From: an uncultured Fibrobacterales bacterium
GTDB lineage: Bacteria; Fibrobacterota; Fibrobacteria; Fibrobacterales; CAWVXU01
Length of the DNA: 33,027 bases
Assembly: GCA_963934255.1 (NCBI GenBank)
Contig: CAWVXU010000021.1
Location: forward strand, 1 to 33,027
Reading direction: 5' to 3'
Part shown: positions 21,901 to 29,500 of the stretch, piece by piece
How the letters are laid out: each line of letters opens with the position of its first letter
How positions within the stretch are numbered: the stretch's first letter is position 1
The notes under the pieces: generated by a model
The model's input: the letters and a program-made list of their open reading frames with translations, nothing else
Told to the model about the DNA's origin: nothing
Database searches by the model: none
Made by a program: the position numbers and the translations under genes

Positions 21901-22326
21901 GTTAATGTTAAGAGTAGAACCTTCAAGTTGGCGTTTTTTGGCATGCTTTAAAAAGGTCTCTTCGCCTTCAAAAAAGACAACATCTTGAGTGGTGTTTTGA
22001 ATTTGTTGAAGCATGATGGGGATACTGACTCCCGGAACATGACGGCCAAATACTTGAAACAATCTCAGCATGGTTGTTTCGGTTTGAGAGAACAAATAAC
22101 GATAAGCGTTGTTGGTTTTAAATAACCAATGAATATAGCCTGAAGTCAACGAGGGAGAACTTGAACGAAAAGCAACATCCAACATTTGGATAAGGAAAGT
22201 TTTGGCTTTGGGTCTTTTGAGTAGAACAGCCATCTTGGCTTGAAAGTCTTCTTGAGAATGACTGTCAACCGGATTTATTAACTCTTGCGCAAGTGTTTTA
22301 ATCTGGTTGAGTTGAGTTTTTTTCAT
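18907..22326 (-). CDS. putA: Bifunctional proline dehydrogenase / P5C dehydrogenase PutA
   Basis: PRODH motifs VNVDMEEY, GIVLQAY, IRLVKGAN, VASHN and AYLVRRLDE; ALDH motifs SPWNFP, ETGGKN, catalytic AGQKCSA, EFFGP and QPFGG. No N-terminal ribbon-helix-helix domain is apparent. Confidence 0.96.
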   Translation of the reverse strand: MKKTQLNQIKTLAQELINPVDSHSQEDFQAKMAVLLKRPKAKTFLIQMLDVAFRSSSPSLTSGYIHWLFKTNNAYRYLFSQTETTMLRLFQVFGRHVPGVSIPIMLQQIQNTTQDVVFFEGEETFLKHAKKRQLEGSTLNINLIGEALIDEHEARERINQYKSLLHQEEILYISVKMSTLYSQIHPLAFKQNISELKVRLSELYQELLTIEESTSVAKFVNVDMEEYHDLWLNIKVFTQTLDQAEFKNLRAGIVLQAYIPDSYQALQYLKNWAIQRVENGGAPIKIRLVKGANLEMEHTESSHRSWPLVTFNSKVETDAHYKKILRELLTPESVKSIHVGVASHNIFDISYSLGLVKKHDIWHEVEFEILEGMAPELNYNLRQLGAKLVIYTPLVSRKNYNAAIAYLVRRLDEGTQKGNFLKEGFQLQPGSDQWNLIWDQFRTSIALMETIDTHARRTQDRNTPYPALLEHYQAVPHFINEPDTDWTLENNRQWIQSKMQDWKGLGRPFPSVIPLIYQQYPEESDLEIPKTRIPHHTGETPWEYQLATSDIISEFIADSSSWQITPFVERQKTLSRAAQFMRERRSRLIGTALMELGKQVDESDVEVSEAIDFANYYAQSILKVEDQKLYYNTQGIHLVLSPWNFPIAIPIGGVIASLAAGKRVILKPSTNAAATAYVACQCLWDAGVPRNALGFLPSENETYHSFLKSNCPFDAVILTGATATAKFLLKQNPLLPLYAETGGKNSTYIEDLSDHEQAIDNLIQSSFSNAGQKCSATSLLILQEELYNSDEFKQKLCNAVKSLKVGDPWQLDTKVGFLSTPVNERILELMKQTSEKDWLLKPQLRGDFVLTPGILWGVENGDYYHQTEFFGPLLGVMKAKDVNHAVELANGVTFGLTSGIESLNPTSVEYWTENIHAGNLYINRSTTGAIVQRQPFGGMKQSCFGFGMKAGGPNYVLQFLNLEPYLEENGLEPSLAIIKQHYQEAMDNEFSQARDVSLIRGQHNIYRYLKVHEVLLLIDVDTNKSDIEKVKIACKVMEIPLEIHTVPKGNEVVNFIQTHQKYFSGNRRIRNLSKNLPDEFRQYCHENAYHIYSRIPHSSGRVELLNYIEEQSISHNYHRYGNMMGIQPGEFNIQGLSKI

Positions 22327-22356
22327 TATGTTCTCCTACTAGATTATGTTCTCCTA
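22325..22356. repeat. Tandem 14-bp direct repeat (period 18) duplicating the putA ribosome-binding region
   Basis: ATTATGTTCTCCTA at 22325-22338 and 22343-22356, which reads TAGGAGAACATAAT on the coding strand. Confidence 0.9.
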
Positions 22357-22416
22357 GTATATAGGCTACCAAAATCTTAGGAAGAAATCAAGCTAAGGTT
22401 GAGAGCATAGTAAACG

Positions 22417-22450
22417 AAAAAACAGAGCCCTTCCAAGTAGAAGAGCCCTG
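22417..22450 (-). terminator. Intrinsic terminator of the TetR/LolA-like/OMP/MMPL cassette
   Basis: Minus strand reads CAGGGCTCTTC-TACTTG-GAAGGGCTCTG-TTTTTT. Two G-U pairs form only on the minus strand, which fixes the orientation. Confidence 0.88.
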
Positions 22451-22514
22451 CAGTGTATTAGCCTTAGAGCCAGGGGTAAGTTTGCCCCTACCAAATCAAT
22501 TTGAATAAATTAAT

Positions 22515-25022
22515 CTAAACTAATTTTCCATTATCAAACTTAAGCAAGAACGCCGGAAGGATAATAAAATCAGCTATCAGAGCGAGTGCAATTACCGCTG
22601 AACAGAACATACCCATGTCTGAGTTCATCGCAAATTGTGAGAAGATAAGAACACCAAATCCGAAGATCAGGATGATGGATGTAAATAATAATGGTATACC
22701 AACTTGTTGGAATGTCCAAGAAATTGCTTGCTCTTTATCTTTTCCTTGTTTGCGAGCCATAAGGTATTTGACGATAAAGTGAACAGTGTCATCAACAGCA
22801 ATACCCAGGGTTATCATACCCACGATGGACACTGAAAGATTGACAACATATCCGGAGGCTCCAACGACACCAAAAATGGCAAGTACTGGCCAAACATTGG
22901 GAATCATACTAAATAGTCCTACTTTGATCGACCTGAAAGTAATCATCATCACTGCAGTAATGAGTATGAGGGATATTATCAAACCTTTCATCATTCCTGG
23001 AATGGCGACACCGGCAAGATGACCAAACATAATAGGAACACCTGTAGCCTTAGCGTTGTACTGTGGCATTTCTTTTGCAAGCCAATTGTCCAAGCTATCA
23101 GCAACATCTAGCTGAGCATTGGATGAGATTGATCTGATAAAGGCAGTCACACGAGCTTGAGAATTATCCAAACTGAGTTGATTATTCAAATCCATTCCTT
23201 GAGGAAGAGAGAGCTGATAAAGCAGCAAGTATTGACTGATGAGGCGGCGTGCAGAAAGTGTATCACCTTCAACTGTAATGCTGTCTTTTACTGGGATCGT
23301 ATAAAATTCATCCAAATCACCATTCATCGTTTTGTTCAGGCGTTTGACAACATCTACAATGCTTGATGTATAGGTGATTTCAAACTCAGGGTGGCTTGAT
23401 ATGTAGTTAGTGAATCTCTCGATGTCAGAAAGGAACTTAGGGCTATATACGCCGTTTTCTTCACCCGATTTGAAATTAAACTCAATAGGATTTGTACCAA
23501 TGATATTTTCATCAATATACTCTGTGGCAAGTCTAAATTCGGTGCCTTTTTCAAAGTACTTCACTGCAGTTGAATCCATAACGATGGTGGTGACAAATCC
23601 ACCAGAAGCTATGAGTATGACAATACTTGTCCAACGAATAGAGACTTGGTACTTAAATATCCATTTTTGAAGAGATTGGTAAAAACCACCTACTTCATTG
23701 GTTTTTGCAATATTAGCCTGGTTTTTAGCAATGAGTTTTTTGCTGGCTTTGATTGGTAAAACATGCAGTACAGCAGGCATGGTTAAAAGTGAGGCATAGA
23801 AAGCATATAGCGTTCCCACACCGGCGAATAGGCCGAGGTGCTGGAAAGGTGGAATTTCTTGGGTAAGCATTGAAAAGAAACCAATTGCTGTAGTAACAGA
23901 AGTTATTAGGCAGGCAACAAAATTTTTCTGAATGGTCACACGAATTGCATCGGCCTTAGGAGTTCCTTTGCGGAGCTCTCTATAGAATATGGACAAAACA
24001 TGGACTGAATCCGCGATTGCTACAGCGACCAAAATTTGCATCACATTCATCGTCACGTTCGTCAGGTAAAATTCAAATACCCCGACAAACAACATGACTG
24101 GGAAAGCAACTGAAGAGAACAAGAGAAGCATCGGAAGAACTGTGCCCCAAAATGAACGAAGGGTAATGACAAGTACAATCATAATGAGTAAGAACATCAA
24201 AGGAATCATGGTCGCCATGTCTTTAAATGCAAACTCCATGAATGACGTATTTAGCATCACTGTTCCACCAAGCCTGATTTCAAGGTTGGGGTTTTCAGCC
24301 ATCACCTGAGCAACTAATGCCTCCACAGCCGCTCTAGATTCCATAAAGCCTTCAGGGAATTCACCTGGGATAATCGCACTCAAACTGATTTGAGTTAGGT
24401 TTGCTTTTTGTGAAATCATGAATTTGGGGATAAGCGAATCTGTCATGACTAGTTTCTTTTTGTGCGCTAGTACTTTGTCCGTATAAGGAAGGTCGGTAAC
24501 AAGATCTTCAACGAGAAGATTGTCTTCGTATGCATATCCAGCTTCTTCAGCTTCTTCAGCATCTAACATTTCTCTCTCTACTGTGGTGTAGTTAAAATTA
24601 GTTAGACCTGCAACACGAGTGATGTAAGGTACTTCCCATGATCCATCGGTGAGAGCTTTGAGACTTGCTAGGTTTTCATTGGTAAAAATGTCGCCACTTT
24701 TGGTTTTGACTACAATGAGAAGATTGTCTTCTTTAGCGAAGATACGTTGAAAAGCATCAAACTCTACCAAGTCCTTGTTGTCATCTTTGAAGAAGACATG
24801 ATAGTCTCCATTAAAGATAGGGGGAGGAGATACATGATTCGTGTCTATATCAAGAGGATTCGTCCTGACGTGTTTCATGTATTCAGTGTGTGCTTCAAAT
24901 TCTGCAATTCTTGGGCCCATGCCAAAACCAACGAGGGCAACAAAAATTAAAATGTTTACAAAAATAATTGCCCAACGAAACCGTTGTACAAATTCTGAAA
25001 ATTTGGTTGAAAATGTGGACAT
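22515..25022 (-). CDS. MMPL/RND-superfamily inner-membrane transporter
   Basis: Two repeats of (1 TM + large periplasmic loop + 5 TM); TM4/TM10 acidic motifs VAVAIADSVH and LGIAVDDTVH; ITSVTTAIGF. Confidence 0.92.
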   Translation of the reverse strand: MSTFSTKFSEFVQRFRWAIIFVNILIFVALVGFGMGPRIAEFEAHTEYMKHVRTNPLDIDTNHVSPPPIFNGDYHVFFKDDNKDLVEFDAFQRIFAKEDNLLIVVKTKSGDIFTNENLASLKALTDGSWEVPYITRVAGLTNFNYTTVEREMLDAEEAEEAGYAYEDNLLVEDLVTDLPYTDKVLAHKKKLVMTDSLIPKFMISQKANLTQISLSAIIPGEFPEGFMESRAAVEALVAQVMAENPNLEIRLGGTVMLNTSFMEFAFKDMATMIPLMFLLIMIVLVITLRSFWGTVLPMLLLFSSVAFPVMLFVGVFEFYLTNVTMNVMQILVAVAIADSVHVLSIFYRELRKGTPKADAIRVTIQKNFVACLITSVTTAIGFFSMLTQEIPPFQHLGLFAGVGTLYAFYASLLTMPAVLHVLPIKASKKLIAKNQANIAKTNEVGGFYQSLQKWIFKYQVSIRWTSIVILIASGGFVTTIVMDSTAVKYFEKGTEFRLATEYIDENIIGTNPIEFNFKSGEENGVYSPKFLSDIERFTNYISSHPEFEITYTSSIVDVVKRLNKTMNGDLDEFYTIPVKDSITVEGDTLSARRLISQYLLLYQLSLPQGMDLNNQLSLDNSQARVTAFIRSISSNAQLDVADSLDNWLAKEMPQYNAKATGVPIMFGHLAGVAIPGMMKGLIISLILITAVMMITFRSIKVGLFSMIPNVWPVLAIFGVVGASGYVVNLSVSIVGMITLGIAVDDTVHFIVKYLMARKQGKDKEQAISWTFQQVGIPLLFTSIILIFGFGVLIFSQFAMNSDMGMFCSAVIALALIADFIILPAFLLKFDNGKLV

Positions 25023-25098
25023 CCAAGCCCCTCTCTATGAAACTCCTTGAAGTTTCTTTAAATAAATCTGTTTATCGTAAACCTGTCAAATATTAATC

Positions 25099-26475
25099 TT
25101 AAAAATTCCACATCAATGAACTCTCTGCACGAGATGAACTTTCAAATTGTCTGAGTGGGCTTTTTTTGTTTCCAGATAATAACTGGCCACCAAGCTTTAC
25201 TTTGAACAATTCAAATAAGCGTTCTTCGTAGGTGAGTTGTCCCACGATTTCATAATCCAAATAGCTGCTGAAAGCTCCGAGTAAAATACTACGGTCACTT
25301 ATGTTGTTGAATGTGTAACGAAGCCCTCCAAATAAGTGGTTATTAAATGGTTTAAAATTGAGAAGTTCGTCTAAGTCGATACCTGCATCAGTCGTTCCGA
25401 TGGCTTCAACAATAATGCCTAAGTCCTGGTTATCTACAATCGGTTCAAAGAGGGTGTATTCAGTGCCGAGTGTATATGCGAAATAAGGTCTTGTTTGTTT
25501 AAGTATGATAGAGTCTTTTTCATATTGATGGTAGAGGCCTTCTCCTTTAATGAGCCATGAATCAATTTCACCTGTGAAGGTAAACCCACCCATATATGCA
25601 GGTTCATAATGTTGAACCATTTCGGCGCCTACAATTTCTGGATTTCCGGAAATATCTTGAGAAAATATTGGATTTCCTGGTTTTAAAATGGGTGATCGAT
25701 CGTATCCATGGAAAAAGAAAGCTGAGGCATCTATTGATTCAAACAGGCCAAAGGTATATCTGATAGCGTATTGAGTTCTTAACTGCTCATCCTCAGAGCC
25801 ATAAGTGACTTTATCTCGATCGTTAGACACGTAAGTGGGGGTCAAAGAGAAAAGGTCACTGCGACTGCCAGTCGTCGGGTAGTGGGTTGGACTAAAGTAA
25901 GGTAGGTAATAGAGTTCTAGATATTGGTCTTCTTCTTCGGTCATGACCAGACGAAGTCTAGTAGCTAAGTCACCAAATTTAGGAGCATCAAAAAAGTCAA
26001 CTTGGGCATCTGATTGATTGAGGACGTCAGCCCAACTGAGAGATTCAACTGTTTTCCAAGAGAAGGTTTGAAGACCCGCGCGAAGCTCAAAACGCTCGGC
26101 AAAATAGTCTACAAATAAATCTTCAAAATATAATCGACTACGGCTCTGACCATACATTCTCAAATCAGCGGTTTCAAACTGATCTGTGTCGACATCATCT
26201 ACATCCAAAATTAATCTTGGCTTCATCTTCATATTCAAATCGTAAGGAGTTTGAAGTGTCAAATCTAAGTCAGAAACTACAGTGTTTTTGAAGTCTTTAT
26301 GAGACTTGTGGATAGCTTCTTGAGGATAAGCCCATGATTCGATTCCAATACTTCCTTTATAGATAAGATCAAAATCACCACCGATCTCGATGGTTTGCGA
26401 AAAACCAACTGAGCTAAGTGAGCCAAGGGTCAACGCAGTCAGAAGACTCACTGATTGTAAATTAATTATCTTCAT
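25099..26475 (-). CDS. Putative outer-membrane beta-barrel protein
   Basis: Sec signal peptide, alternating aromatic/polar strands, FELRAGLQTFSW segment, C-terminal beta-signal ending SLMWNF. Confidence 0.78.
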   Translation of the reverse strand: MKIINLQSVSLLTALTLGSLSSVGFSQTIEIGGDFDLIYKGSIGIESWAYPQEAIHKSHKDFKNTVVSDLDLTLQTPYDLNMKMKPRLILDVDDVDTDQFETADLRMYGQSRSRLYFEDLFVDYFAERFELRAGLQTFSWKTVESLSWADVLNQSDAQVDFFDAPKFGDLATRLRLVMTEEEDQYLELYYLPYFSPTHYPTTGSRSDLFSLTPTYVSNDRDKVTYGSEDEQLRTQYAIRYTFGLFESIDASAFFFHGYDRSPILKPGNPIFSQDISGNPEIVGAEMVQHYEPAYMGGFTFTGEIDSWLIKGEGLYHQYEKDSIILKQTRPYFAYTLGTEYTLFEPIVDNQDLGIIVEAIGTTDAGIDLDELLNFKPFNNHLFGGLRYTFNNISDRSILLGAFSSYLDYEIVGQLTYEERLFELFKVKLGGQLLSGNKKSPLRQFESSSRAESSLMWNF

Positions 26476-26480
26476 TTGAA

Positions 26481-27266
26481 TCAGTATTTAATTTCTCTTT
26501 GAAGTGAGCGTTTTGAAAAATCTTTTTTAGTCAAGCCTGAGCCGATTTTACGCTCAGAGAAAGTAAGAATACTTTTCTTTTTAGTTTGAAGGTTTTCCAT
26601 TGAAATCTCTTCGCTACGCCAAACTGAACCATACAGTTTCCAACCCGAAACTTTTTGAACTTTAAGAAGTGATCCTTTGCGGTCAAAAAATTCTGAACGA
26701 ACTCCAAGGTTGTTGCCTTTGAGATACCAAACCTTTACTTTAGAGTAACCAGATTTTTCATAGTTAGGAGTTTTTTCAAGAACATTAACAGCAACTCCAT
26801 CTAAAGTAGACTCTTCAATAAATTTATAATCCCATTTGTCTAGTGTATTACCTGTGATGTCTTCATAAGTAAATTCAGAGCCCATGAATGAACCAGACTT
26901 ATTAGAAGAAGATATTTTTTTGACACGTCTTAGGTCTGGGAGGTAGAGCCACTGCTTATCGGAACCTTTAGGGTCTTGATGAGTCAGTAGACCGGTGCCA
27001 CGGACGTCAGCAGGGTTTAAGAATTTAACAATTTGGTAATCTTCGGCATTATCACGTTCTAAAGTCATATTGACCATGTTACGAGTCACTTTATCACCAT
27101 TGGCATTGATGAGTACCATAGTTGATTTAGTTTTTTCATCTTTGAAATTACGTTGTAAATTATCAGAGGCTTTAGCAATTTTGTAAGCCTTGGGGTCGCT
27201 TCCTGCGAAGCTGATTCCAGCAAGTAATGCACTAGTAAGTAGTAGTTGAGTAAAGTTTTTTTTCAT
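26481..27266 (-). CDS. Periplasmic LolA-like ('outer membrane lipoprotein-sorting') protein
   Basis: Signal peptide; F..PADVRGTGLL, DKQWLYLPDLRRVKKISSSNKSGSFMGSEFTYEDI and FFDRKGSLLK motifs of the LolA_like family. Confidence 0.9.
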   Translation of the reverse strand: MKKNFTQLLLTSALLAGISFAGSDPKAYKIAKASDNLQRNFKDEKTKSTMVLINANGDKVTRNMVNMTLERDNAEDYQIVKFLNPADVRGTGLLTHQDPKGSDKQWLYLPDLRRVKKISSSNKSGSFMGSEFTYEDITGNTLDKWDYKFIEESTLDGVAVNVLEKTPNYEKSGYSKVKVWYLKGNNLGVRSEFFDRKGSLLKVQKVSGWKLYGSVWRSEEISMENLQTKKKSILTFSERKIGSGLTKKDFSKRSLQREIKY

Positions 27267-27323
27267 CGATTGTTCCCGTGTTAGTTTGTAAAGTTTTTAT
27301 CACTTTAATTTTTATTTAAACCT

Positions 27324-28013
27324 TTATTTTAATAAGCCTTTGACAGTCATATCAACAATAAAATTGGCTTTTGCTTTAAAATATTCAGACTCGTCAGTAG
27401 GCATTTCTATGAGATTACTTATGCGAGCAAAAGGAAGCTGCATAAATGTATAGTGACACATACCTGAGAGATTCATAAAGATACCCATCGGGTCCATTTT
27501 ACGAATTTCACCTTGATCCATAAATCCTTGAAGCATGGTCATAATTTTTAGAAGAGCAGGCTCACAACTCAGTGATATTTGATTTTTAACATCTTCTATG
27601 AATGGACCACCTTGAGCCAATTCTTGTAAGATAACTCCCCGACATTCAGGGTTTTCTTTGAGGACTTCAAACATACCGTTTGTAATATTGGTAATAAGCT
27701 CAACAGCCGTGTTTGCTTTAGATATTTCTTGATCAAGTCTGGTCCAATACAAGTCCATGATATGACCCAAGACTTGAATGTAAAGTTGTTCTTTGTTTTT
27801 GAAATAATAATGAATAAGGGCTTTATTAACGCAAGCTGTTGTGGCAATTTGTTGCATTTTAGCGCCACTAAACCCATGTTGCTGAAAGACACTTGTTGCT
27901 GCTAGAATGATTTTCTCTTCTGCGCTGTGTTCAGGTTTATTTTCAGAGTCTTTATTTCTATCACACTTAAAAAGGTTAAAAATGCTGAGTTTGGAGTTCT
28001 CTTTTTGCGGCAT
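27324..28013 (-). CDS. TetR/AcrR-family transcriptional regulator
   Basis: HTH pattern EEKIILAATSVFQQHGFSGAKMQQIATTACVNKALIHYYFKNKEQLY; AAGG RBS; about 30-aa N-terminal extension. Confidence 0.95.
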   Translation of the reverse strand: MPQKENSKLSIFNLFKCDRNKDSENKPEHSAEEKIILAATSVFQQHGFSGAKMQQIATTACVNKALIHYYFKNKEQLYIQVLGHIMDLYWTRLDQEISKANTAVELITNITNGMFEVLKENPECRGVILQELAQGGPFIEDVKNQISLSCEPALLKIMTMLQGFMDQGEIRKMDPMGIFMNLSGMCHYTFMQLPFARISNLIEMPTDESEYFKAKANFIVDMTVKGLLK

Positions 28014-28049
28014 GCCTATCCTTTCCTTTTAAGGTTTAAGCCAAATGAG

Positions 28050-28113
28050 TTAACTATTTGGTTTAACTGTTTGGTTAAATTTAACAATTGTAGGGTTTTA
28101 ACCAAGTGGGTAA
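28050..28113. promoter_or_regulatory. Cluster of putative TetR operator palindromes (TTAAC-N6-GTTAA-like)
   Basis: TTAACTATTTGGT (28050-28062) and TTAACTGTTTGGT (28063-28075) in tandem; palindrome TTTAAC-TGTTTG-GTTAAA (28062-28079); TTAACCAAGTGGGTAA (28098-28113). All lie 37-100 nt upstream of tetR. Confidence 0.65.
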
Positions 28114-28234
28114 TGGCGGGGAGGCTTAAATGTTAACCCTATGGTCAATATTTGTGGATAGGAGGGCGTGAATTGGTGATGAAGTGGGTATCATCTGCTA
28201 GCTTGAGGTTAAAGTTAGATATAGAGTTTTTGGA

Positions 28235-28522
28235 ATGAGAATAATCAAGAATGGATTTTAGTTGGGTCAATTGAAGTTTTTTTGATCTTGAGCTCTATTG
28301 CCTGTAAAAGCACCAACGACTATCAAGCTAAGGTAAGTGCCATAGAGTTGGACTCATTCTCCACAAACTTTTTCGGTCATTATAACTTAGGCTATCGGGG
28401 GTGGCGCCCAATACACGGTATCACATTTTTATACAGATGATGCCAATTCCGCTCCTTGTGTTCAGGAATATGACGTTTATGGTGTCGATCTTTCAGGGCA
28501 TCCTGGATATACTATTAAGTAA
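28235..28522 (+). pseudogene. Possible frameshifted small exported protein or lipoprotein remnant
   Basis: ATG 28235 (MRIIK), a shifted frame WILVGSIEVFLILSSIACKSTND...GY, and a second shift at the G5 run 28397-28401 into GGAQYTVSHF...GYTIK* together give about 95 aa with a signal-like N-terminus. No homology evidence is available. Confidence 0.3.
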
Positions 28523-28599
28523 AAAATGATTAATAAGTACTTTTGGATTAACACATGTTTTTCAATTTACTTGGATCATTATTCCAAAGGGGCCTATCG

Positions 28600-29343
28600 A
28601 TGACTCAAGAATACACTTCCGCTGATTTCGAATGGTTAAATCAAAAGTTAATTGAGATGAATGAAGGCGATAGCCTGGGTGAACGTTCTATCATTAATAT
28701 TGAGTCTCTTGATGGGTTTTTGACAGGGGTGAGTATTGGGCCCAATTTTATCAAGCCCACTGCGTGGTTAGATGAAATCATCATTGATACCTCATTGTTG
28801 GATAAAGAGGCTTATAGTAGATTCATCAATATTGTGACCCAGATGTATAACAGTATCTGTGAAGCCCGAGTAGGTGACATTGAGTTTAATATTTTAGCGA
28901 GTGACGGCCAAATTAACCCGCAATTCATCCGACCAGTTGTCTGGGGTTATGGCTTGATGAGGGGAATCGAAGCAAATATAGGTGAGCCTTTTGAATTGGA
29001 TATGCTTCCAGATAGACTCATCGAATCAGCTAACATCATACTGGCGCCGGCCATCCACAAAATGACACTCGTGGATATTGAAGATAATCGCTTACCCGAA
29101 TATTTAATTCCACATGATTTAAGTATTGAAGAATTTCAAAGTAACTTGGAACAAGAACTAGAGGTCGAGCCTCAGCGGTTTCATAAGGCCCTAAAGAAAT
29201 TGAGTGACTATTGGTTTGAAGAATCCAAGACAACATTTATTCAAGGCAATCAAACACCTGTAGTTCACTCGGTTAAAGTCGGACGTAATGACCCATGCAC
29301 CTGCGGGTCAGGTAAAAAGTTCAAAAAGTGTTGCGGGAAGTGA
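28600..29343 (+). CDS. YecA-like protein (UPF0149 domain plus C-terminal SEC-C metal-binding motif)
   Basis: [28 protein letters not shown] and C-terminal [21 protein letters not shown] motifs. Start is ATG 28600 after AAGGGG (alternative start 28555). Confidence 0.9.
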   Translation: MTQEYTSADFEWLNQKLIEMNEGDSLGERSIINIESLDGFLTGVSIGPNFIKPTAWLDEIIIDTSLLDKEAYSRFINIVTQMYNSICEARVGDIEFNILASDGQINPQFIRPVVWGYGLMRGIEANIGEPFELDMLPDRLIESANIILAPAIHKMTLVDIEDNRLPEYLIPHDLSIEEFQSNLEQELEVEPQRFHKALKKLSDYWFEESKTTFIQGNQTPVVHSVKVGRNDPCTCGSGKKFKKCCGK

Positions 29344-29500
29344 ATTTTAGAGAATTTGAACACAATTTGTGAACACTAATCCAAGGCAAAGCCGTAAATA
29401 TGTGGACTTTCAAACCGGAAAAACCTAAACTAGGTCAACGTACAGTTATTGTTTGTCAACACATGTCGGTTTAGGTTTGCTAAATTGCAGAAAGAAACAT

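Noticed and set aside
26472..26483. UGA readthrough fusing the LolA-like protein to the outer-membrane barrel
   Set aside because: Reading through the TGA gives TTC AAA TGA, and the barrel ATG is in a different frame.
29383..29431. Resemblance to a c-di-GMP-I (GEMM) riboswitch (GGCAAA...GGAC...CAAA...CCTAAAC)
   Set aside because: The GNRA-capped stem and the GACGCAAAGC core cannot be formed, and the similarity is limited to scattered words. An Rfam cmscan would settle it.
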